A stretch of 63,979 bases of DNA, counting the filler, from Vicugna vicugna (taxonomy: Eukaryota), in assembly GCA_013265495.1 (NCBI GenBank). It is 75 parts of 71 records of this genome, joined end to end, with 100 filler letters (N's around TTAATTAATTAA, not from the genome) between each part and the next. Parts side by side here need not be neighbours in the genome. Positions count along the whole stretch, not along the records: positions 1 to 864 come from PNXW01019789.1; positions 965 to 1,457 come from PNXW01019790.1; positions 1,558 to 2,627 come from MU061594.1; positions 2,728 to 3,623 come from PNXW01019793.1; positions 3,724 to 4,647 come from MU061596.1; positions 4,748 to 5,586 come from PNXW01019801.1; positions 5,687 to 6,747 come from MU061597.1; positions 6,848 to 7,769 come from MU061598.1; 67 more parts are not named here. One strand, written 5' to 3'. How positions within the stretch are numbered: the first letter of the stretch is position 1; each line of letters starts with the position of its first letter. Positions 1 to 12,025 of this stretch are shown here, piece after piece. Below the pieces are notes generated by a model. It saw nothing but the letters and a program-made list of their open reading frames with translations, did no database searches and had not been told where the DNA came from. Position numbers and translations under genes: made by a program.

Positions 1-630
1 GAGCCCCGCCTCTCTTCCCCCAAAAAGTTTCCGCGGGTTTTCAGAAATGGGGCTATGCACCCTTCCCCTGAGAACACATCAACCTTGCTGTTTTATGGAG
101 GGCCCAGGTTGTTCTTCCCTGTGCACCCACAGCCACGGCGCCCAGCCCCTTGCTTTCCCCCGGGGCTGCCTCCGTGCAGCCGCCCCCATCCTCTTCCTGG
201 CTTGTGCAGCCTGGTCCTGCCCGCCGCTGCCGGCCCGCGTCTCAGGCTGGGTGTCGGGGGGACGCTCTGTGCCCGTTTAACTTAGTTCTGTCAGACAAGG
301 GCTGCTCTGTACAGATCCGAGCCTCGGAGGCTCCCCCTCCGTCCCACTGGCTTCTCAGTTGGAGAGGGGAGACTCAGAGAGAGAGCGCCAGTCCTCCTTT
401 GCCGCTCCCTCCCTGTGGGACCCGTCCCCTGCTGCTTTGCCTTTTGTTCTTTCTTTTTTTCTTTTCACCTACCAGATTTTTGGCGTCTTAATCTTTTGAA
501 GAGGGCGATGTTCTGTTGGAGTTCCGCAGGTGCTCTGGTTGGCTGAGTGGGTCTGTAGATGTGGGTCTTGGTGTATTTGTGGAAGAGGGTGACTTACAAG
601 CATCCTTCTACTCTGCCATCTTCTCCGTCT
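1..630 (-). mobile_element. LINE-1 5' UTR including the 5' terminus
   Basis: Minus strand starts GGAGAAGATGGCAGAGTAG (YY1-type AAGATGGC, 615-622), typical of mammalian L1 5' ends; GC-rich UTR, then an abrupt switch to AT-rich flank after ~630. Confidence 0.7.
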
Positions 631-864
631 CTAGAAACAGTAATATTGAAACCAAACTGAGTAATGCTTAAACTTCAAAACCTTTAAATATTATGGGATA
701 TTATATTTAAAGAAGGAAAATGAATTATTTTAATTCATTTGTTTTGATTTTGAATATTGTCATTCTGTGTTTTCCATAGATATACAAATTTTTTTCCCCG
801 TATTTATACTGAGAGAGGACATATAGTTTTCTATAATAACTTCCCTTTTAATCTTGTGGTTAAT

Positions 865-964
865 NNNNNNNNNNNNNNNNNNNNNNNNNNNNNNNNNNNN
901 NNNNNNNNTTAATTAATTAANNNNNNNNNNNNNNNNNNNNNNNNNNNNNNNNNNNNNNNNNNNN
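865..964. other. Artificial scaffold-joining linker (first of ~74 copies)
   Basis: 44 N + TTAATTAATTAA (909-920) + 44 N; the same structure recurs through the whole window; the 12-mer gives stops in all six frames. Confidence 0.98.
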
Positions 965-1557
965 CTGTGGCCACAGCTTTCCATGCTGGTGGTGTACAGG
1001 CCTTCCTCAGGAAGTCTCTGCTGTCCTGACCATGCCTTGTTCCCAGGGAAGGAATCAGAAGTCAGAGCCTGGAAAAGGTGCACTGTGTAGGGGAGAAGCA
1101 GGGGTGAGAGTCAGTCCATGTCCACGAAGGATCAGAGCATGAGGGTGGGGTGAGGAGGAAAGGCTGGAGAGGTGGGCCAGCACACACTGTGGTTGAAGAC
1201 TAGGCAGATTGGGAGGGGGCCAGGGGAGTTGTGGGAAACAGCAGTGGTCTACTCCCCTGCTGGGCTCCTGTCCCTCAACAACCTTACGAGCCGGTCATTG
1301 CCCCTGTTCTGACACCGTGGGGTATCAGCTAGCCCCCATCAATTGTGGAACCCGGCTCCTACCCAGTCCTGCAGAACACGGACGTCTCAGCCCATGCTGT
1401 CCCTGCTGGGCAAGCTGTTCTTGTGAAAACTGGTCATGTTTGGAAGGAAGAACACTTNNNNNNNNNNNNNNNNNNNNNNNNNNNNNNNNNNNNNNNNNNN
1501 NTTAATTAATTAANNNNNNNNNNNNNNNNNNNNNNNNNNNNNNNNNNNNNNNNNNNN

Positions 1558-2627
1558 ATTCTATATTTTAAATTCTGTGTTCTGCATTCCATGTTCTTTA
1601 TTGTGGGTTCTATATTCTGTTTTCCATATTCTTAATTCTGTGTTCAATATTCTATATTCTGTATTCAATATTCTGCATTCCGTATTCTAAATTCTATATT
1701 CTGTGTTCTACATTGTATATTCTAAATTCTATATTCAAGATCGGNNNNNNNNNNNNNNNNNNNNNNNNNNNNNNNNNNNNNNNNNNNNNNNNNNNNNNNN
1801 NNNNNNNNNNNNNNNNNNNNNNNNNNNNNNNNNNNNNNNNNNNNNNNNNNNNNNNNNNNNNNNNNNNNNNNNNNNNNNNNNNNNNNNNNATTCTGTGTTC
1901 AACATTCTATATTCTAAATTCTATATTCAGTATTCTGTATTCTATATTCTAAATTCTGTGTTCTGCATTCCATGTTCTAAATTTTGTGTTCCATATACTC
2001 TATTCAATATTCTATATTTTGTGTTCTACTTTCTATATTCTGTTCTATAGTCTGCATTCTATATTCTATATTCTATATTCTCGGTTCTACATTGTATATT
2101 CTAAATCCTATATTCTTTATTATGTATTCTATATTCTAAATTCTGGGTTCTATATTGTATATTCATATTCTATATTCATTATTCGTTATTCTATACTTTA
2201 AATTCTGTGTTCTACATTCCATGTTGTAAATTTTGTGTTCTATATCCTGTTTTCCATATTTTAAATTCTGTGTTCTACATTCTATATTCTGTATACTGTA
2301 TTCTGCATTCCGTATTCTATATTCTATATTCTCGGTTCTACATTGTATATTCTAAATCCTATATTCAATATTATGTATTCTATATTCTAAATTCTGGGTT
2401 CTACATTGTTTATTCATATTCTATATTTAGTATTCCGTATTATATTTTCTAAATTCTGTGTTCTGCATTCCATGTTCTAAATTTTGATTTCTATAATCTG
2501 TATTCTATATTCTATATTCTGTGTTCTACATTCTATATTCTAAATACTATATTCAGTATTCTGTACTCTATAATATATATTTTGTATTCTACATTCTATA
2601 TTCTTAATTTCATATTCAGTATTCGGT
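1558..2627. repeat. 7-bp satellite (TTCTATA/AGAATAT family)
   Basis: Degenerate heptamers ATTCTAT, ATTCTAA, ATTCTGT, GTTCTAC. Confidence 0.95.
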
Positions 2628-3239
2628 NNNNNNNNNNNNNNNNNNNNNNNNNNNNNNNNNNNNNNNNNNNNTTAATTAATTAANNNNNNNNNNNNNNNNN
2701 NNNNNNNNNNNNNNNNNNNNNNNNNNNGGTATATTTGAGTATGTTTATTATTGGGTTGACCATTTGAATGAGAATTCTGTTCTAAATTGAAAATAATTTC
2801 CCTGATACTTCAAAAACATTGATCCACTTCCTTTTAGCATCACCGTTATTGTTGAAAATTTTGATGTCAATCTGGGTCTCATCTATTTGCATGTGACCTC
2901 CCTCCTACTGCTCCAGTCCTGCTCCCACTGCTGGAAACTTCATGACCTCACATCCAGAATCCAGAATTGCACAGAATATCATTCTGTGTACAACCTAAGT
3001 GTGTATAATGACTCACTAATCCTGTTTGGCATACAATAGGCTCTTTTTTATGGGAAATTTGTGAGTCTGTGGTGTCTCAAGTGTCACTATCTGAGTGACA
3101 CTTTGCCTGACCACCCAACTGAAGTTGCAGACCTGCCCCAGTATTCAGTCTGTCTTCCTTCCCTGCCTTGATTTTGTCCAAAGCACATACCAGTCTCAAA
3201 AACACTGAATAATTACTTTACCTTTTTTCCCCCTCTTCC

Positions 3240-3358
3240 ATCACTAGAATGTAAACTCCAAGAGTGCACAGATTTTGTCTTTTTTTACTTACTACTATAT
3301 GCCAAGAACTCTGCCCAGCATTGAGTGGGTATTTAATAAGCACTTGTTAAATAAATTG
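3240..3358 (+). mobile_element. LINE-2 3' end remnant
   Basis: CTAGAATGTAAACTCC...AATAAGCACTTGTTAAATAAAT resembles the L2 3' terminus. Confidence 0.6.
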
Positions 3359-3723
3359 TTTCATATTTAAGAAAGAAGCAATAAAAGCTGCATCTGCGTG
3401 TGAAGGGCTTGTCAACTGGCTTCTTCAGTTTAGATTGGGTGTATGGGCTGCTGCCCATGAGGAGAGCCACCCATCACACTGGGAATTCTCAGGGGGGAGG
3501 TTAGAGAAGAAGTTACACTGGGGAGCAAATACCCAAGTTCTTTCCAGAGGGTTCATTCGGAAAACCAATTGAGATACAAATTTTTATTTAGAGTTATGAA
3601 TAAATATCTTTAAAAATATGTAGNNNNNNNNNNNNNNNNNNNNNNNNNNNNNNNNNNNNNNNNNNNNTTAATTAATTAANNNNNNNNNNNNNNNNNNNNN
3701 NNNNNNNNNNNNNNNNNNNNNNN

Positions 3724-4647
3724 CCTCCCCAAGCTCAGGATTCCGGAACCATTTTCACTGAGTGGGGGAGCCCGCGAGACAACTCCACGCAGCTATCTTC
3801 AGTCAAAAGTGTTCCCTGCTCGGGGAAATCCGAGAAAATTTTTCCCTGACATTTGGGAGGCAGCCTCTGTCACTGGGATATACTGCAACCCCCCCTAGCA
3901 TTCCCTGTCACAGAGAAATGAGGAAAACCCTCAGGGGAGACGAGCACAGGCATTCCCTTAGAACCCACGCGCTGCCGACCGTTGGTGGAATTTCCACACT
4001 CTCAGGATTCCGGAATCATTGTCATTGAGTGGAGGAGCTCGAGAGACAGCACCACGCAGCTCTCTTCATTCACAGGTGTTCCCTGCTCGGGGAAGTCCGA
4101 GAAATAACTTCCCAGAACCTCTGTCACTGGGATATCCTGAAAACCCCATAGCATTCCCTAGCACAGAGACATGAGGAAAACACTCAGGGGAGATGAGCTT
4201 AGGCATTCCGTTAGAACCCATGCGCTGCCGACCGTTGGTGGAACCTCCCCACGCTCGGGATTCCGGAACAATTGTCATTGTGAGGTGGAGCTGGAGAGAC
4301 AACTCCACGCAGCTCTCTTCAGTCACAGGTGTTCCTTGCTCGGAGAATTCCGAGAAATACCTTCCCTGAACTTGTGGATGCAGCCTCTGTCACTGGGATT
4401 TCCTGCAACCCCCCCCTAGCATTCCCTGGCACAGAGACATGACGAAAACACTCAGGGGAGACGAGCACAGGAATTCCGTTAGAACACAAACGTTGCCGAC
4501 CGTTGGTGGAACCTCCCCAAGCTCAGGATTCCGGAAACATTGTCATTGAGTGGGGGAGCTCGAGAGACAACTCCACGAAGCTCTCTTCAGTCACAGGTGT
4601 TCCCTGCTCGGGGAAGTCGGAGAAATAACTTCCCTGACATTGGGGAG
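3724..4647. repeat. 267-bp satellite (~3.5 monomers)
   Basis: CTCAGGATTCCGG anchor at 3734, 4001, 4254, 4522 (267, 253 with a deletion, 268 bp). Confidence 0.95.
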
Positions 4648-4899
4648 NNNNNNNNNNNNNNNNNNNNNNNNNNNNNNNNNNNNNNNNNNNNTTAATTAAT
4701 TAANNNNNNNNNNNNNNNNNNNNNNNNNNNNNNNNNNNNNNNNNNNNCAGGTCCCATAGAGAGGTGAACACACTGATGCAGGAGAGGAGGGACTTACTGG
4801 AGTGATGTCCTCGGGTGGAGAGCTTGATTTTCCAGGAGCAGGTGCGTCTCCTGCACAGAAACAGAGAACAGACTGTGTGCACACATGCATCAGGGTGGG

Positions 4900-5055
4900 A
4901 GCTGCAAGGCTTCTTCTGATCTAATCGTGCATGTTCCAGACATGTGTATTCATCAAGCAAGTCTGTGAGGCCAACCCAGATTTAAGGGAAGGGAAATTAG
5001 AGTCCACCCTCCAGTGAGAGGACCAGCAAGCAATTTGTAGTCATTGTTCATCTCC
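4900..5055. mobile_element. MaLR (MLT1-like) LTR remnant
   Basis: CCCAGATTTAAGGGAAGGGAAATTAGAGTCCACC resembles a conserved MLT1 terminal segment. Confidence 0.45.
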
Positions 5056-5271
5056 TGCTCTTGTCCAGTATTTCCTTATTGATTTACAGAATTTCCTTAC
5101 GGAATCTTTGTGAATCTAATGTCAGTTGCATGGTTTGGAATGACCTCTCCCAGCGTGGCTTTCTTTCACTTCCTTTATGTCTTTCCCCCCTTAGTGACTA
5201 GTGGTTTTTGAGTCTTGTTGAAGAGAGTTTTCTCACCCTCAAGGTCATGAAAATGGTCTCTTAAAAACATT

Positions 5272-5586
5272 AAGCCTCTGGGTCTGTGGCAGCCGCGTTA
5301 GCCCCGCCCGGGGAGCAGAGAGCGAGGGGAGGCGGAGACGGAGGAGGGTCCGAGGATCAGCTGTGGTCCCCGCTGAGCCGCCACCACAGGCGGAAGGCAG
5401 TAGGACTCCAGCGGCGGGAGGAGCCCTATCTTCTGAGGTGGCGGGGCGCTCCTTTCCTTACCCTTTCGGAGCTGCTCCCGCTCCCTCTTCGGAGCCAAAC
5501 TTCATTGTAGGCGCGCCGCCCTGGCGGTGGGTAGCCGGCCTGGCGCAGCCCGGAGGCCTGGGGTGAGGATTGGTTGGTGCTGGCCG
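5272..5586 (+). pseudogene. CTNNB1: CTNNB1 (beta-catenin) non-coding exon 1 (5272-5437) plus start of intron 1, outside its promoter context
   Basis: AAGCCTCTGGGTCTGTGGCAGC...GGCGGAGACGGAGGA...GGCGGGAGGAGCC...CTGAG|GT matches recalled human CTNNB1 exon 1; followed by GGCGCTCCTTTCCTTA...GGAGCCAAACTTC as in intron 1; upstream DNA is AT-rich, not a CpG island. Confidence 0.8.
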
Positions 5587-6619
5587 NNNNNNNNNNNNNN
5601 NNNNNNNNNNNNNNNNNNNNNNNNNNNNNNTTAATTAATTAANNNNNNNNNNNNNNNNNNNNNNNNNNNNNNNNNNNNNNNNNNNNGCTCTTGTTTCTAA
5701 TGAGACACAAATGGATTATGTGTATAATGTTACACAAAAACCCTAAAATACTATCACCCCAACTTGAAACATGAAGAAACTGAGGGAGAGAAGTTTATCA
5801 CATTGTGCAAGATTAGAGAGAGGCCACATCAGACACCGTATTTAAACCCAATCCCCTTCTCCACTGCTCACACTAGAAAGTGTGACATACAGCCCCTTTC
5901 CTGCCCTTTCCCTGCAATAAATCTCTGAAGAGTCTTTTCTGTGCCACCTGGAATCACAATCACATCAGTTTTCCACAAAGAACTTTGTCACTCCTTGGAG
6001 GACGTATCAAAATCTAAACAGTTGGGATGGGAGGAGAGATTTGCATTTTCTGTTTCTCAAAGGAAACATGGCTTTAAAAGAAACTGAAAAGCACTTACCT
6101 AGTCTATGGTCTCATTGTGCAGAGAAGGAAACGGACGCTGAGAAGAGATGAGGAAAGGGCCTTATTAACAAATATTGCCTGAGTGCAGCACCAAGCCAGC
6201 CCTGGGCACCACTGTGGGAAGATCTGGGAGGCCCAGGNNNNNNNNNNNNNNNNNNNNNNNNNNNNNNNNNNNNNNNNNNNNNNNNNNNNNNNNNNNNNNN
6301 NNNNNNNNNNNNNNNNNNNNNNNNNNNNNNNNNNNNNNNNNNNNNNNNNNNNNNNNNNNNNNNNNNNNNNNNNNNNNNNNNNNNNNNNNNNNNNNNNNNN
6401 NNNNNNNNNNNNNNNNNNNNNNNNNNNNNNNNNNNNNNNNNNNNNNNNNNNNNNNNNNNNNNNNNNNNNNNNNNNNNNNNNNNNNNNNNNNNNNNNNNNN
6501 NNNNNNNNNNNNNNNNNNNNNNNNNNNNNNNNNNNNNNNNNNNNNNNNNNNNNNNNNNNNNNNNNNNNNNNNNNNNNNNNNNNNNNNGCCAAGCAGCTTA
6601 ACTAGGAAAAACGGTGCTG

Positions 6620-6747
6620 CTAGAAATGGACTCATGGACATAGAAACAAACTGTGTTTAACAGGCAGGAAAGGGGGGATTAACAGATACACATTAATAAA
6701 TTTAAAATAAATGACAAGGACCTGCTATATAGCACAGGGAACTATAT
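6620..6747 (+). mobile_element. LINE-1 3' UTR fragment, cetartiodactyl-type
   Basis: GACTCATGGACATAGAAACAAAC...ACAAGGACCTGCTATATAGCACAGGGAACTATAT. Confidence 0.65.
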
Positions 6748-6847
6748 NNNNNNNNNNNNNNNNNNNNNNNNNNNNNNNNNNNNNNNNNNNNTTAATTAAT
6801 TAANNNNNNNNNNNNNNNNNNNNNNNNNNNNNNNNNNNNNNNNNNNN

Positions 6848-7769
6848 GAATTCGCTCAAAGAGAGTTTTCTAGTGCCAGATGTCCGATTTTAAAACCTAG
6901 TGATACAAAAAACCTATGATGTCAGTTTAAATATTTCAAAGTGTATATATGCCTTGTTTGGTGGATGAAAGTTCACTAATCCACATGCTCACAACTCAGA
7001 AACTCATGTTTCTCGAATCCGTCATGCATGTATCATGTACGGAACACGGANNNNNNNNNNNNNNNNNNNNNNNNNNNNNNNNNNNNNNNNNNNNNNNNNN
7101 NNNNNNNNNNNNNNNNNNNNNNNNNNNNNNNNNNNNNNNNNNNNNNNNNNNNNNNNNNNNNNTCTGAAAATGATGATTCTATATGAAATTATTCCTTTTA
7201 TAGAGGATGAAAGATCAGTAATCCACATGCTCTCAACTCAGGAATGCATGTTTTTCGAAACCGTCATGCATGTAGCATGTAGTGAATACTGAATATCATT
7301 TAGATGGAATCTATTCAAATTACATATCTAAGGTAGAATTCGCTCCAAGAGGGTTTTTCTGGGATCAAAGTGTGATTCTTGAACCTGGTGATAGGAAGAA
7401 GCTACGAAGACAAAGTATATATATTTAAGTGCATAGGTAACTTGTAATGATTGAAANNNNNNNNNNNNNNNNNNNNNNNNNNNNNNNNNNNNNNNNNNNN
7501 NNNNNNNNNNNNNNNNNNNNNNNNNNNNNNNNNNNNNNNNNNNNNNNNNNNNNNNNNNNNNNNNNNNNNNNNNNNNNNNNNNNNNNNNNNNNNNNNNNNN
7601 NNNNNNNNNNNNNNNNNNNNNNNNNNNNNNNNNNNCTGGTGACAGAAACCTATGAAGTCAGAGTAAATATTTCTAAGTGTATATATGCCTTGTTTGGTGG
7701 ATGAAACGTCAGTAATCCACATGTTGACATCTCAGAAACTCATGTTTGCCGAATCCGTCATGCACGTAG
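6848..7769. repeat. AT-rich ~740-bp trimeric satellite (~247-bp subunits)
   Basis: Recurrent GGATGAAAG-N8-ATCCACATGCTC...GAATCCGTCATGCATGTAGCATG motifs; same family as 62147-63434. Confidence 0.9.
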
Positions 7770-9102
7770 NNNNNNNNNNNNNNNNNNNNNNNNNNNNNNN
7801 NNNNNNNNNNNNNTTAATTAATTAANNNNNNNNNNNNNNNNNNNNNNNNNNNNNNNNNNNNNNNNNNNNTAAATATAAATTAACAGATATTTGTGAAACT
7901 TTGAAAAATATAGTCTAGAAAAATTTTAGCAACTAAAAAAATCTATTCTGTGGAGCTCTAGAATTTCAAAAGTGGAAGAGAATAGTATTGTAACTCAAGG
8001 TCTTGTTTTAAATGCAGGGATCCTGAGACCTCAAAAGACATATCAATTTGCCTGATTTTATACACTGTCCTATAACAGAAAACCTAGAACTAATTTCCTG
8101 GTCTTTGAGAAACCAAGGCTTCCTCTGCTGGTGCAGGGCTGAACTTTATGNNNNNNNNNNNNNNNNNNNNNNNNNNNNNNNNNNNNNNNNNNNNNNNNNN
8201 NNNNNNNNNNNNNNNNNNNNNNNNNNNNNNNNNNNNNNNNNNNNNNNNNNNNNNNNNNNNNNNNNNNNNNNNNNNNNNNNNNNNNNNNNNNNNNNNNNNN
8301 NNNNNNNNNNNNNNNNNNNNNNNNNNNNNNNNNNNNNNNNNNNNNNNNNNNNNNNNNNNNNNNNNNNNNNNNNNNNNNNNNNNNNNNNNNNNNNNNNNNN
8401 NNNNNNNNNNNNNNNNNNNNNNNNNNNNNNNNNNNNNNNNNNNNNNNNNNNNNNNNNNNNNNNNNNNNNNNNNNNNNNNNNNNNNNNNNNNNNNNNNNNN
8501 NNNNNNNNNNNNNNNNNNNNNNNNNNNNNNNNNNNNNNNNNNCAATTCATTTGTCTTAAAAGCTGTGCTATAAAATATATTGTCCTTTGCTGTTCCAAAT
8601 CACATTTGAAAGAAATAATGTTTCTTAAGTGTGTTCCTGGAAATTTCTTCTATTTCCTAACACCAAATCTCAGACCCTTAATTAAATGGGGGGTTGGCAT
8701 TTTGTTCACTGTTCTCTTGGCAATTTGCTGTTCCTTCAAAGAACAAGGGGGGAGTCACACAGAAAAGCATTTGAGCATCAGGCTGCTTACATTTCCTCCA
8801 GAAGTCTTGGAAAATAACGTGGAAATGAACAGCAGGACAGAAACCTGGCGGGAGGTTCCCTGGCTAGAAGGTGAGAACAAATGTGTTCTCCAACGTGCTC
8901 TGGTAGCAACTAGTTTAAATGAACCGAGCAACTGTTCCAGCATATACGCAGCTCTATATGAAAATCTCAATCGTTACCAGCCGCTCAGTGCAGCCCGAAG
9001 CANNNNNNNNNNNNNNNNNNNNNNNNNNNNNNNNNNNNNNNNNNNNTTAATTAATTAANNNNNNNNNNNNNNNNNNNNNNNNNNNNNNNNNNNNNNNNNN
9101 NN

Positions 9103-9852
9103 AGTATAGTAACAACCCCTTTTATAACTGCACCCAAATTTATAAAATGCTTAAGAATATCTCAGACCAAGGAGGTGAATGAATTGTACATGGAGAACAA
9201 GAAAACATTGATTGAGGTAATCAAGAAAGATTTGAAGAATTGAAAAGATACCCAAAGGTCTCATAATGGAAGAAATATTATTGTTAAAATGGACATACTA
9301 CCCAAGGCAATCCACAGACGTAATATGAGTTCCTATCAAATTATTCAAAACATTTCTTTTTAGGACTGAACAAATGATCATAAGAATTATATAGATACAA
9401 TAAAGATCGATAATTTCCAAAACAATATTGAAGACAAAGAAAGAGGCTGGAGGAATAACCTGCCTGCTCTCCATACACTATTGTAGAGCTACAATAATCA
9501 AAACGTCATGATATTGGTACAGAAACAGGCATATGGATCAATGGAACAGAATAGAGAGCCTAGGAATAAATCTACAGGCCTATGTTCAATTAATATTTGA
9601 CAGAGTAACCAAGAATATGACAGAGAAAAGACCATCTCTTCACCAACTGGTGTTGGGAAAATTGGATTGCAGGATCAGAGCAATGGAGTTAGAATTCTCC
9701 TTCACTTCATACACAACAATAAACTCAAAATGACTTGAAGGCTAAAATGTAAGCCAAGCCACAGTAAATCTCCTAGAAGAAAACATACACAAAACACTCT
9801 AAGTTAAATCGGAGCAATGATCTCCTAAAACAGCCTACCCAGGTAATTGATG
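9103..9852 (+). mobile_element. LINE-1 ORF2 fragment (degenerate)
   Basis: Translates to MDQWNRIES...QLIFD...KLD, post-RT L1 ORF2p motifs, with stops and frameshifts. Confidence 0.9.
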
Positions 9853-9951
9853 NNNNNNNNNNNNNNNNNNNNNNNNNNNNNNNNNNNNNNNNNNNNTTAA
9901 TTAATTAANNNNNNNNNNNNNNNNNNNNNNNNNNNNNNNNNNNNNNNNNNN

Positions 9952-10772
9952 NTTTGTTTCCTTTGTCATAGTTTAGTTGACCATATGTGTGATGTTTAAT
10001 TTCTGCCTCTGTGTTCTTTTCCAGTGATATAGATGTTTGTATGGTTTCTGGTATTGTGTTGTTTTGATTACTGTATTTTTGTAATATATTCTTGGTCCTG
10101 GGAGTATTATGGGTTATGCCTCCAACTTTGTTCTTTTTCCTCATTGTTCCTTTTACAGTTCTGGGTCTTTTGCAGTTTCTTACAAATCTTAGGACTGTTT
10201 TTATTTCTGTGGAAAATATCATGTAGTTCGATCTGAATCACTTTATATCTGTAGACATCATTTGTAGTATGTATATTTTAACAATAATAATTCCTATATT
10301 TTAACAATAAAATTCCTCTAAATTAAGACATTGAGATTTCTTTCCATTTCTTTACATCATCTTCAAATTTATTTATAAGTGTCTTATTGATTTTATTATC
10401 TTGGTTTTTTCACAGGTTTTTCATTTTTTGATCTGATTTCATATGAATTTTTTAAAATTATGGAATATTTTGCTTTTAGGGTAAAGAAATGTGACAGTTT
10501 TTGTATATTAATCATGAATCATGCAACTTTGCTAAATGTATTTGTTTTAGTTTTTCTGGTGTGGAGATTCTTTAGGGATCTCTATATAGATTATCATGTC
10601 ATCTAAAATAACAACAGTTTTACATCATTCAATCCAACAAGATTAAATTATTTTCTAGTCCATTTGCTGTTGCTAGGACATCCCATACTGTGTTTAATAG
10701 AAATGGTGAGAGTGTGCATCCTTGTCGTATTCCTTTATTTGGCTTTCAGTTTTTCACTTTTGCATATTATTT
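9952..10772 (-). mobile_element. LINE-1 ORF2 fragment (degenerate)
   Basis: Minus strand gives FSTEIKT...KKNKVGGIT...YGQLNYDKG and GCTLSPFLLNTV-like RT motifs. Confidence 0.85.
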
Positions 10773-11456
10773 NNNNNNNNNNNNNNNNNNNNNNNNNNNN
10801 NNNNNNNNNNNNNNNNTTAATTAATTAANNNNNNNNNNNNNNNNNNNNNNNNNNNNNNNNNNNNNNNNNNNNAATCATTTCTTCAGTAGCAAAAGGAGAA
10901 AAGACTTTGTGTTCCCCGCCTCCAACTTTTTTCCTCCACCTTCAGATGTTTCTCATCCCTGGGCAAGGGTAGAAAGCAACTCACAGAATATTATTTTTCA
11001 ATGTTTTTTCCCACTCTGAAGATTGCTTTCCCAGAACCGATGAAGGCTAGAATGGTTTACCTTTCCTGGACTGAGTAGGTGGGGAGGGGAGAGGGGGAGG
11101 GGAGATAATTCAGCAATATTGAACCTAACAGAGACATTAAAAGGTTCTACTCTAAACAGAAAGGAAGCAGGATGCTATAGAAACAGGACAACCATAGTTG
11201 GAAATGCAATAACGAGTTACAAGAGAATAAACATAAAGATGTAAAAATGAAAAAGGACATCAAAATATAAAAAGGCGGAATGGGAGAGGGGAGCAAGAAA
11301 ATATAGATTTTTTTTCTTTCTNNNNNNNNNNNNNNNNNNNNNNNNNNNNNNNNNNNNNNNNNNNNTTAATTAATTAANNNNNNNNNNNNNNNNNNNNNNN
11401 NNNNNNNNNNNNNNNNNNNNNGGTCGACAAACCAGAGTGGCTCGGACTCGTCAGCG

Positions 11457-11499
11457 CTACAGGTCTTTTCCTGCCTAGTGAGTGGCTCTGAAAAGAGCC
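11457..11499 (-). terminator. Histone 3' stem-loop (11484-11499) and histone downstream element (~11457-11470)
   Basis: Minus strand CCAAAGGCTCTTTTCAGAGCCACTCA is the canonical SLBP stem-loop; AAAAGACCTGTAG ~15 nt downstream resembles the U7-binding AAAGAGCTGT. Confidence 0.93.
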
Positions 11500-11534
11500 T
11501 TTGGTTTGTGATGCTCAGGTGGTCCTGAGGCAGC

Positions 11535-11963
11535 TCATTCGCATAAGATGTACTTGATGAGAGCGTTAGTGCCCTCGGACACGGCAGACTTGCCGAACTT
11601 CCCAGGCAGCAGCAGGCACACCGAGCTCTGGATGTCTTCGTAGGTGATGGTGACGCGGTTTTTGGAGCGGGCCAGGCGCGCGGCCTCGCTGGCGATGCGC
11701 TCGAAGATGTCCTTAACGAACGAATCCATGACGCTCACGGCCTCCCGCGAGAGGCTCAGGCCTGTGTGCACCCGCTTCAGCACCCTGCGGAAGTAAGTGG
11801 CGAAACTGGCGAAGCTGTCTGCTGGGCGGCGGCGGCGGCGTTGGCGGCGCACGGGTGTCTCCTGCTTCGGCGTCTTCTGCTCTGGGCTCTTGGACTCGGC
11901 TTCTTTGCGCTCCTCGGTGTCCACGATCTCCTCCGAAGTGCGGGAAGACCACGGCTCAGCCAT
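11535..11963 (-). CDS. H2BW: Histone H2B.W (H2BFWT-like) germline variant, 142 aa, intronless
   Basis: ATG at 11963 in strong Kozak context (GACATGG); MAEP...TSEE...KEA...SFATYFRRVLKRVHTGLSLSREAVSVMDS...LLLPG...SEGT matches H2B.W signature; complete histone fold. Confidence 0.9.
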   Translation of the reverse strand: MAEPWSSRTSEEIVDTEERKEAESKSPEQKTPKQETPVRRQRRRRRPADSFASFATYFRRVLKRVHTGLSLSREAVSVMDSFVKDIFERIASEAARLARSKNRVTITYEDIQSSVCLLLPGKFGKSAVSEGTNALIKYILCE

Positions 11964-12025
11964 GTCGGAGTGTCTCGCCTTCCCCACAGCTCAGAAGGAA
12001 AGGCAGAGGCAGCTGCGAGGACCGG

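Noticed and set aside
11964..11987. N-terminal extension MGKARHSD in the ORF track for H2B.W
   Set aside because: Begins at GTG; the ATG at 11963 has a strong Kozak context and fits the TATA spacing.
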